From: a virus
Taxonomy: Duplodnaviria; Caudoviricetes
DNA: 64,000 bases
IMG/VR virus record: IMGVR_UViG_3300012665_000509
Span: 12,337 to 76,336 of that record
Reading direction: 5' to 3' (one strand)
Position numbers and translations under genes: made by a program. The notes beneath the pieces were generated by a model. That model was not told the DNA's origin, searched no databases, and saw nothing but the letters and a program-made list of their open reading frames with translations. Shown in pieces: positions 30,081-37,603 of the stretch (its first letter is position 1; every line of letters begins with the position of its first letter).

Positions 30081-30833
30081 ATGGCTAACCTAAGAGATCT
30101 TTTTCCAGATAGTTCGCTGTTTCAAGCACAGCTACCTACCAACGTATTTGGCACGTTATATGTTTATAATACCAACGTTGGTAACGTAAATAATGGCGGC
30201 CAGTGCTGTCTATGGACAGTGCCCACTGGAGCTAAATGGGCAAGATTCGAAGTGTGGGGCGGCGGTGGCGACGGTGGTGGCGCATGTTGCTGTCAACAAC
30301 CTTCAAAAGGTGGCGGTTCAGGATCGTATGCTCGTAGAACTATTCGAGTAGTACCTGGACAAACTTATACATTATGCGCAGCCGGTTCAGGTTGCTGTTC
30401 ACAAAATAACTGCGGCACCAACGGATTTAGTTCCTATGCTTGTAACGCCAGCGCAACATATCCACTATGTTTATGTGCTTCAGGCGGCGAAGGCGGCTCA
30501 TCATGCTGTTGGGCGGCTATTGGCGGTAACTATCACTGTGCTAGTAATGTATGTGGATCAACATGTAACGCAGACTTTGCTATTTGCGGTATCCAAGGAT
30601 CAGCACACCAAAGTTGGTGCGGATTTGACTCATGGCACTACGTAGCTCAAGGTCCGTATATCGGTGGCGGCATGAGACCAACGAGAACACATTGCGGTGA
30701 ATACTGGATGGGTTGCGACTCGGTTGGCGGAAATATTTGGCCAGGTGGTGGCGGCGGAACTGCTATTAGCTACGGCGGATGTTGCTGGGGTGGCTGGGGT
30801 GCCGGCGGCTTAGTAGTTGTTACATACAAATAA
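30081..30833 (+). CDS. Cys/Gly-rich fibre-tip adhesin-like protein 2
   Basis: 23 Cys counted in 250 aa; collinear paralog of 28659. Confidence 0.6.
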   Translation: MANLRDLFPDSSLFQAQLPTNVFGTLYVYNTNVGNVNNGGQCCLWTVPTGAKWARFEVWGGGGDGGGACCCQQPSKGGGSGSYARRTIRVVPGQTYTLCAAGSGCCSQNNCGTNGFSSYACNASATYPLCLCASGGEGGSSCCWAAIGGNYHCASNVCGSTCNADFAICGIQGSAHQSWCGFDSWHYVAQGPYIGGGMRPTRTHCGEYWMGCDSVGGNIWPGGGGGTAISYGGCCWGGWGAGGLVVVTYK

Positions 30834-30842
30834 GGATATAGA

Positions 30843-31598
30843 ATGGCAAATTTAAGATCATTAGTTTATACATTAGCACCGCCCGATTCTGTTAACTTTC
30901 CTACTGAGTTTTTAGTTTATAACACCAACGTTAACTCACAAAATAACGGTGGCAGATGCTGTCAATGGACTGTACCAGCTGGTACAACTTGGGTTAGTTT
31001 TGAGATGTGGGGTAGTGGTGGTGGTGGCGCAGGTTCGTGCTGTTGCCAACAAGGCTGGCCAGGTGGTAGTGGATCATATACTAGAAAAACAGTATGTTCT
31101 ACAAACATGGGCGGATGTCAATATACAATATGCGCAGGCGGAACAACTCCAATGAGTCCAGTATGCTTTGGATGCGCAGGAAATACTAGTTATGTTAACG
31201 GTTACGGTTTAAGTAACTTCTGTGCTAACGGCGGATCATACGGCGAAGTTCACTGCTTCCAATATCAAGGTTGCTACACATGTTCAGTGCCATATCCAAA
31301 CTGTTGCTGTGCTTACGGTGGCGATATTAACGTTCACGGAACACGTTCAACATACACATCATCAACATGGTGTACACAATACGGTCAACAACAAGCTATG
31401 GTTGCTCCTAATACAGTATCTGGACCACAGTTAGGCCCAGGCGGTTGTATTAACGGATCTGCTAACGGTAGCTGTACAGGTTGGTTCCCTTGCTCGTTCT
31501 TCCCAGGTGGTGGAGGGCACAGCGCACAAACACACGGCGGTAACTGCTGGTGCGGTACTTGGGGCGGCGGCGGCTTAGTATCAATTACGTACGGTTAA
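30843..31598 (+). CDS. Cys/Gly-rich fibre-tip adhesin-like protein 3
   Basis: 23 Cys counted in 251 aa; collinear paralog of 28659 and 30081. Confidence 0.6.
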   Translation: MANLRSLVYTLAPPDSVNFPTEFLVYNTNVNSQNNGGRCCQWTVPAGTTWVSFEMWGSGGGGAGSCCCQQGWPGGSGSYTRKTVCSTNMGGCQYTICAGGTTPMSPVCFGCAGNTSYVNGYGLSNFCANGGSYGEVHCFQYQGCYTCSVPYPNCCCAYGGDINVHGTRSTYTSSTWCTQYGQQQAMVAPNTVSGPQLGPGGCINGSANGSCTGWFPCSFFPGGGGHSAQTHGGNCWCGTWGGGGLVSITYG

Positions 31599-31611
31599 TC
31601 AGGAATAGAAA

Positions 31612-32565
31612 ATGGAAGAAAAATCAAACAATATTATAGACGTGCCATTTATCTACGATGCGCCTGATGATTATTTGTCTCAAACAAATGAATTAGGCAA
31701 GACAGGTAATTGGGTATATAACGGCCCAGATAAAATTTGGGTATTTGTAAACAAAGAAGCACTAGTATACGAAGGTCGATTCTTAACAGAAAAAGAAGAT
31801 GGGGCACATGTTCCAACTCCTTTACATCAGTACAAAGTTGAAATTGACTGCGCAAGCAATCCATTACTATGTACAATTTTTGGCGCTGATCAAATTAGAG
31901 ATTATAATCTTTTAGATCAGTACGAAGAAGTTATGCCCGACGGTACAACATATAGTAGACCGTTAACTCCTCCACCAGATCATACATATGACCTAGCGGA
32001 AATTAAGTATAATCCAAGAACTGGCGAGTTTACACAACCTTATCCGTGGAAGAAACCACACATGGATTGGGAACTTATGCGTTTATGGCGTAATAATCAA
32101 TTAACAGCAACCGACGACCAGGGTAGAGTCCCTGACATGCCAGATAGTTTAAAAGCTACATGGGATGAATATCGCCAAGCGTTACGTGATATGCCACAAA
32201 TACATGGTGCTACCAACGTTAAAACTACTATTGACTTGACAGCAAGTTCACCAATCAATACAACAGGCCAGTCAGTTATTAAAGTTGCCTCAGTAACAGG
32301 TATCAACGTTGGTGACGATGTGGGCATGACAGGGCATCCGGTAACAGATATATTTGGGCCAACTACAACTGTAGTAAGTATCAATTCAGGAAGCAAAGAA
32401 ATTACACTAGACAAACCACTAGTTTCTACTCCTGTTGATTCTAACAAGGCTATTACATTTAGTCCGCCACCGGCATTTGATGCTTGGAAAGTTAGTCCTC
32501 CTGCGCATCCTTTTGAAAGTGACCCAGGTCCTGCTATTCCAGCAGAACTGCGTAACAGAGTATAA
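31612..32565 (+). CDS. Tail fibre assembly chaperone-like protein 2, with an inserted beta domain
   Basis: Collinear with 29431 (PPPDHTY.L.E..Y, PYPWKKPHM.WE, W..YRQ.LRD.P); about 90 extra residues before the final AWKV motif. Confidence 0.7.
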   Translation: MEEKSNNIIDVPFIYDAPDDYLSQTNELGKTGNWVYNGPDKIWVFVNKEALVYEGRFLTEKEDGAHVPTPLHQYKVEIDCASNPLLCTIFGADQIRDYNLLDQYEEVMPDGTTYSRPLTPPPDHTYDLAEIKYNPRTGEFTQPYPWKKPHMDWELMRLWRNNQLTATDDQGRVPDMPDSLKATWDEYRQALRDMPQIHGATNVKTTIDLTASSPINTTGQSVIKVASVTGINVGDDVGMTGHPVTDIFGPTTTVVSINSGSKEITLDKPLVSTPVDSNKAITFSPPPAFDAWKVSPPAHPFESDPGPAIPAELRNRV

Positions 32566-32590
32566 AAAAAGCACCCTAGGGTGCTTTTTT
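32565..32590. terminator. Bidirectional terminator
   Basis: Perfect palindrome AAAAAAGCACCCTAGGGTGCTTTTTT between convergent genes. Confidence 0.85.
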
Positions 32591-32591
32591 A

Positions 32592-34412
32592 TTAGTTGGA
32601 TATTTTAATTAACTTACCGTATTCTGGCAAGTATAAGTATTCAATATCGCTTTGTTGTAAGGTCCATAACGCATCAGATAATGTTTCTACTAATGGTTCA
32701 CCGCCTAGATTAAAGCTAGTATTAAACAGTATAGGAACTCCTGTTTTCTTATAGAACGCATTGATCAAATTATAATAGTTTTTATTTTGTTCTTGAGTAA
32801 CTGTTTGAATACGACATGTACCGTCTACGTGAATAATACTAGGGATCTTTTCTTCAATACCTGGCTGACAGTTGACAGCGTACATCATGTAAGGACTGTC
32901 TTTCATGCCACGCAAGTCAAACCAATCATGTACATGCTCTTGTAGTATAGTACCAGCAAACGGACGGAAGTATTCGCGATGTTTAACTTCATTAACAAAG
33001 TCCTTACCGTCTTCATATGTAGGATTAAACAAGATACTACGATTACCTAATGCTCTTGGCCCGTTCTCACTACGACCTTGGAAGAATGTAACAATATTTT
33101 TGTTTAATAATAACTCTACTACATCGTCATCAGTAGCATCAATAATTTCACCACCGTGGCTTGCTACACAATCGTTAATGTCTGAGTCACTATAATTATA
33201 TTCAAAACCTAAATATAGTCCATCTTTAGTATAGTCGTTAGTGCTGTCTGGCATCATATCTTTGTAGAACATCAACGCCGCACCAATAGCAGTCCCAGCA
33301 TCATTACTAATAGGTTCTACATATATTTCAATCCCGTCTTCTTTAAGACCGTCTAGGTAAAAATAGTTAGCAACACAGTTTAATCCATATCCGCCACTAA
33401 TAACTACCTTCTTATGTCCAGTCATTTCACTAGCTTTACGAATCAAACGCAACACTTGTTCTTGTGTTTCAGTTTGACAAGCATAAGCTAGATCTCGTCT
33501 GTTTTCTAAATGAGTAAGATCGTCAGCATCACCGTTGTTCAAGTAAGGAAACAAGCCAGCATTAACTTGCGCACCATTTGGATATGTTGGCACAATGATA
33601 TTTCTATTAGCTAGTGGAACTGTACTGCTATGGTCAAACAGTGGCGGAATTGCGTCACTAGCCTTACCATACGGAAATAATCCCATAGTCTTGCCTGCTT
33701 CGATTCCAGACCAGCCACAGTATTGAGTAACTGCTTCGTAAATTTTTGTAATGCCAGCTCTATCAGTTATCAATGCTTCGTGAAATTGTCCAACTTCGTC
33801 GTACAGTCCGCTGTCAAACTCAGCAATATGAACACCTTGATTTGGTCCACGCAGACCGATGTGCTTGTACATTGTTTTAAAATTAGCAGGGTATGAACAG
33901 TTATAAATGCTTTCAGTTTCCCAGCCTATTGTATTTTCTCCATTAATGACTAATGGTATAAATGTACCAGCACCGTCAACAATTAACGCAACAGCTTCAT
34001 CAAATCCTGAACGATAAAACGCACAAGCGGCGTGTAATTTGTGATGAACGTGACTTAGATCAACTACCTGTGGATGATCGTAACCGCTAGCTTTTCTGTC
34101 AATTAGACCTAATTTTCTTGCTAGTCCAGTGTAGACATCATCACCACTAAAGTCAACACGACCTGCAGTTTCTTTTAAATTTTGTGTATGAGCAATTACT
34201 AGGTAATCTAGTCTGTCAGTATATTCAAGAATTTTTAACATAGCGGCATACGGCCCGCCGTCATACTTGTGGCGACTTAATCGTTCTTCTTCAATTGAAA
34301 AAACAATCTCACCGTTTTTTAACAAACAGACACTACTGTTATGCCCACGGGCAAGTCCGGCAATCCATATATCTTTTTTTGATTCGTTCATATTTGAAAT
34401 TCTCTGTCTCAT
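32592..34412 (-). CDS. O-carbamoyltransferase, NodU/CmcH/TobZ family
   Basis: HNSS, EEERLSRHK, HHKLHA, DGAG, GKTMGL, SGGYGLNCVAN, NDAGTAIGAA, GPRALGNRSIL, KHREYFRPFA, HVDGTCRIQTV and NTSFN motifs. An alternative start at 34391 is possible. Confidence 0.92.
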   Translation of the reverse strand: MRQRISNMNESKKDIWIAGLARGHNSSVCLLKNGEIVFSIEEERLSRHKYDGGPYAAMLKILEYTDRLDYLVIAHTQNLKETAGRVDFSGDDVYTGLARKLGLIDRKASGYDHPQVVDLSHVHHKLHAACAFYRSGFDEAVALIVDGAGTFIPLVINGENTIGWETESIYNCSYPANFKTMYKHIGLRGPNQGVHIAEFDSGLYDEVGQFHEALITDRAGITKIYEAVTQYCGWSGIEAGKTMGLFPYGKASDAIPPLFDHSSTVPLANRNIIVPTYPNGAQVNAGLFPYLNNGDADDLTHLENRRDLAYACQTETQEQVLRLIRKASEMTGHKKVVISGGYGLNCVANYFYLDGLKEDGIEIYVEPISNDAGTAIGAALMFYKDMMPDSTNDYTKDGLYLGFEYNYSDSDINDCVASHGGEIIDATDDDVVELLLNKNIVTFFQGRSENGPRALGNRSILFNPTYEDGKDFVNEVKHREYFRPFAGTILQEHVHDWFDLRGMKDSPYMMYAVNCQPGIEEKIPSIIHVDGTCRIQTVTQEQNKNYYNLINAFYKKTGVPILFNTSFNLGGEPLVETLSDALWTLQQSDIEYLYLPEYGKLIKISN

Positions 34413-34414
34413 GT

Positions 34415-35335
34415 TTAAAACCCTTCGTATCTAGTTGGCCATTTAACGTTAACTGCTGAATTAGGGAACATTGCCCGTTTAGCTAACATCAATTCAAATG
34501 TTGCTTTGTTAAATTTAAATTTTTGATGTAATTCGTTAACTGCTAATGCCAAGTCCATCATGGCATTCATTGTTTCATTACTTAATTGTAACTTTTCTTT
34601 TAGTTCTTTGTCAATCCAAATGGCGTGCTGCATTGAAGTTGGATGTGTATCTAAAAATGTCTTATGTTTACGAACTGTATCAGTGAACTCAAAAGTTAAC
34701 TGTGGTGTTTCCTTAGCCATAGTTTCCATGGGGGTTAACCAGTGGTCTGCGTACTTCTCCCATATTTGGCGTTCGTATATTTTTAGTTCAGGAATCTTAT
34801 GCCATGCCGCTTTTTCTTCTGTAAGCAGTACATCTTCTAAAAAGTCAGTATGTTCACCAATACCGTCGTTATCACGCAAATCAGTGCCCATATTTCTAAT
34901 ATCACCAATACTGGTCATGTACCAAGTACACCCTGTTGACTCTAATAGTCCTTGAGTTAGACTAATATGATTTAAGGTGTGCATAAAATATGCTGGCTCA
35001 AAGAAGAATGTATTAATCCACTTTTTATCGTACAGCTTGGCATTAATATAGTTAAAAATACTTCCAGCAGTTTTCCAGTTAGCAAGCCTTTCTGGCAAAC
35101 TGTGCATGTGCCAAAAATCATTACGTAGATGACTTGACCATTGTACAATTACAACGTCGTCTTTAGTAAATTGGTGCTTGGCATTTGCCTCTGCTATGCG
35201 TTCAGCAATAGCACGATTACCGATACCGGACAACCCCCAGTTTTCCATGTAGTCAAACTCTAGCCCTAACATGTCAGCCCAAGTGGGCCAACTGTAACTA
35301 GTATAACTACAACCAAAAGCAAATAGTCTTCTCAT
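34415..35335 (-). CDS. SGNH/GDSL-hydrolase-like protein (possible sugar O-acyl transferase or esterase)
   Basis: FAFGCSYT (block I-like), WGLSGIGN (block II), VIVQWS (block III) and DTHP (block V-like). Confidence 0.55.
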   Translation of the reverse strand: MRRLFAFGCSYTSYSWPTWADMLGLEFDYMENWGLSGIGNRAIAERIAEANAKHQFTKDDVVIVQWSSHLRNDFWHMHSLPERLANWKTAGSIFNYINAKLYDKKWINTFFFEPAYFMHTLNHISLTQGLLESTGCTWYMTSIGDIRNMGTDLRDNDGIGEHTDFLEDVLLTEEKAAWHKIPELKIYERQIWEKYADHWLTPMETMAKETPQLTFEFTDTVRKHKTFLDTHPTSMQHAIWIDKELKEKLQLSNETMNAMMDLALAVNELHQKFKFNKATFELMLAKRAMFPNSAVNVKWPTRYEGF

Positions 35336-36352
35336 TTACTTCTGTTCTGGAGGGCAACAAGCCGCTGGTGCTTGAGTAGTAATGGCAATGGCAGCGCCTG
35401 GGTTGTCATGTCGCTTGTATTTTGCTTCGCCTTTGACTACTGAATCAATAATAGCATCTTCAATTTTTTCATTCATAATCATAATACCGTCATTGCCGCG
35501 ATCAGCAACTTCGTCCATAGTGATTCTAATTGGGCTATAACGTCTTACATCACCGCCCATGTCTAATACATCAAACTTTTTATAGTTAGGATATGTTACA
35601 TTAATACCAAATGTAGAACCAGTAACAACTGTAGCAGGGATATCTAAAGAATACGCAATGTGTTGTCCCACACTATCACAACCTAAGAAATAATTACAAC
35701 CGGCAATAACTGCCGACCATTGGCGTAAACTAATTCCCTGGGGATGAGCAACAGGATCTTTACAGCCGTACTGGGCAAAATCAATACCAATTTCACTCAT
35801 TAGTACAACAGCATATTTCTTTTGTAGTTTCTTAACAATATTAATAACGTGTTGACCTTCAAAGCTACGTGCTGATGGATCAAAAATAACACCATTTTGA
35901 CTTTGAACACCACGACCAAACGGTTGGAATACAACTACTTTATCTTTTTTAGTTTTTTCTTTTACTTCTTTAATCACGTTAAAGCCAGTAAACAGCTCTT
36001 CATTTGATAATTTAAGGCTTGGCTTTTGTAACTCTCTAACACCTTTGTTATTAATGGCAATGTCATAAGCCTGCGCAATTGAACATTGCTGGTTATAATA
36101 TTCCCAAACTCTGTAAGGTTCTGGACTTACAATGTCCATATTGATCAACTTGTCTTCAAACAAGTTTTTGTGCCAATGATCGTAGGCACGTTCGTGTAGT
36201 AATGGGTGTCCTTTGTAAAAGTCCGTTCCGCCTTCACACACAATAATAAAATCTTTACCGTTTTCTTCTGCGTACTTTTCCAATGCTGGAATTGAGCATA
36301 ATACGCGACCTGCGCCGCCGTTAATAAAGAATGCTTTTGCTCTTTGGGTCAT
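35336..36352 (-). CDS. GT-B fold glycosyltransferase, GT9 (heptosyltransferase)-like
   Basis: GGAGRVLCSIPAL N-terminal motif and FLGCDSVGQHIAYSLDIPATVVTGST C-terminal motif. Start moved to the ATG at 36352 (MTQRAK), because the longer track ORF overlaps the divergent promoter and gene. Confidence 0.65.
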   Translation of the reverse strand: MTQRAKAFFINGGAGRVLCSIPALEKYAEENGKDFIIVCEGGTDFYKGHPLLHERAYDHWHKNLFEDKLINMDIVSPEPYRVWEYYNQQCSIAQAYDIAINNKGVRELQKPSLKLSNEELFTGFNVIKEVKEKTKKDKVVVFQPFGRGVQSQNGVIFDPSARSFEGQHVINIVKKLQKKYAVVLMSEIGIDFAQYGCKDPVAHPQGISLRQWSAVIAGCNYFLGCDSVGQHIAYSLDIPATVVTGSTFGINVTYPNYKKFDVLDMGGDVRRYSPIRITMDEVADRGNDGIMIMNEKIEDAIIDSVVKGEAKYKRHDNPGAAIAITTQAPAACCPPEQK

Positions 36353-36444
36353 ATGATATCCTAATCTGATAGTAATGCAATTTAGCATATTTTTAAGTTG
36401 CGAGCAAGAGTTTTGAATAGCTAAATATGTAAAAGGGCGAGAAA

Positions 36445-36843
36445 ATGAACTTTGCAAAATACTTTACCCGTGGCTTAAAAAACACCCTAAGATTGATAAA
36501 TGGGGTAAATTTCTCACACCAAGGCCCATGGGTTTCAGTTGGTACTAACGGCATAACCGTTGATAATTTCCATGTAGGAGATTTTATGGCTGTAGATTAC
36601 ACTATTGCTGTAGACCATAGTACCGGAAAAAAAGAACTTATTAAATGTTTGGTAGTTGCTGGCCCACAAGAAGCTAGTTTAACTATCTATGGCCGAACAA
36701 ATCTTGGGGAAAATCTAGTAGAATTAACAGCTACAGTTGACAGTTCTCGTGTATTTTTAAACGCAACGCAAGCTAACAGTTTAGGCGGCAAGCTGATTTT
36801 TAGTGCCAACTATTACAAAACGTTAAATGAATTGCACGTATAA
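36445..36843 (+). CDS. Hypothetical structural protein
   Basis: 132 aa, beta-rich, with TAAATA at 36422. Confidence 0.55.
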   Translation: MNFAKYFTRGLKNTLRLINGVNFSHQGPWVSVGTNGITVDNFHVGDFMAVDYTIAVDHSTGKKELIKCLVVAGPQEASLTIYGRTNLGENLVELTATVDSSRVFLNATQANSLGGKLIFSANYYKTLNELHV

Positions 36844-36876
36844 TACACCTAGATAAATATAAGATCGGAGCAATCA

Positions 36877-37593
36877 ATGACAATTAATTTAACGCCGTTA
36901 GAGTCCAAATTTGGTTTTAAAGCACCGGGATTCTCTGTCGATACTGCGGGTAACTTAATTGCTACCTCTGTACAAGCAAGTAGTTTTACATCCGATGGTG
37001 CCGCAATTACGCTAGGTAATATTGTACTTCAAGATAACTTCATTGCTAACGAGTTTATTAATTCGTCAATCGGCACTGTTGATGAAACTGATCTACATAT
37101 TAGTACAAATCTTGTTTTAGAACAAGGCACTATACAATACGACATTACTGCCAAAGATATATATGTTCAAAAAATATTGGCCAGTCAAGGTAGCCTGACT
37201 ATAGAAACAACAGATGCTCCGCTTTTCTTAAAAACAAATTTTAGAGTTACAGTACAAAGCAGTCCGTTAAGACTGGCAGAGTTTGAAGAAGCAGACCGTG
37301 ATGATATTATTCCAGCTACAGGCGATCTTGTTTTTAACTCGGATACTAACGCAATAAATTTCTATAACGGTAGTGCCTGGAAAAATATTAATAGTATGGG
37401 TAACATATCAGTTACTAATACTACTATGTCTGCGGGACTTGCCGAAGACATCTCAATCATTCCGCAAACAGGCGGCAGTGTAATTGTTAACAATCTTGTA
37501 ATTAACGATTTACCAGTAGAAAATGAACAAGCAACACGAAAAGATTACGTGGATAGAAGAATCGCCGCATTTGCAATTGCGTTTGGGGCATAA
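36877..37593 (+). CDS. Virion structural protein
   Basis: GDLVFNSDTNAINFYNGSAW knob motif; ATRKDYVD; terminal helix AAFAIAFGA; TAAATA at 36854. Confidence 0.6.
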   Translation: MTINLTPLESKFGFKAPGFSVDTAGNLIATSVQASSFTSDGAAITLGNIVLQDNFIANEFINSSIGTVDETDLHISTNLVLEQGTIQYDITAKDIYVQKILASQGSLTIETTDAPLFLKTNFRVTVQSSPLRLAEFEEADRDDIIPATGDLVFNSDTNAINFYNGSAWKNINSMGNISVTNTTMSAGLAEDISIIPQTGGSVIVNNLVINDLPVENEQATRKDYVDRRIAAFAIAFGA

Positions 37594-37603
37594 AGGATAA
37601 TAA

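Noticed and set aside
28659-31598. Diversity-generating retroelement acting on the adhesin-like triplet
   Set aside because: No reverse transcriptase in the window and no near-identical template/variable repeat pair differing only at adenines. The paralogs are diverged throughout.
28659-31598. Multiheme c-type cytochrome interpretation of the Cys-rich proteins
   Set aside because: CxxC occurs but never as CxxCH, and there is no signal peptide.
36353-36457. Extended N-termini given by the ORF track for the ORFs starting at 36457, 49108, 50979, 57922 and 60127
   Set aside because: The extensions run across late promoters or neighbouring genes; downstream ATGs next to TAAATA or an RBS are more plausible.
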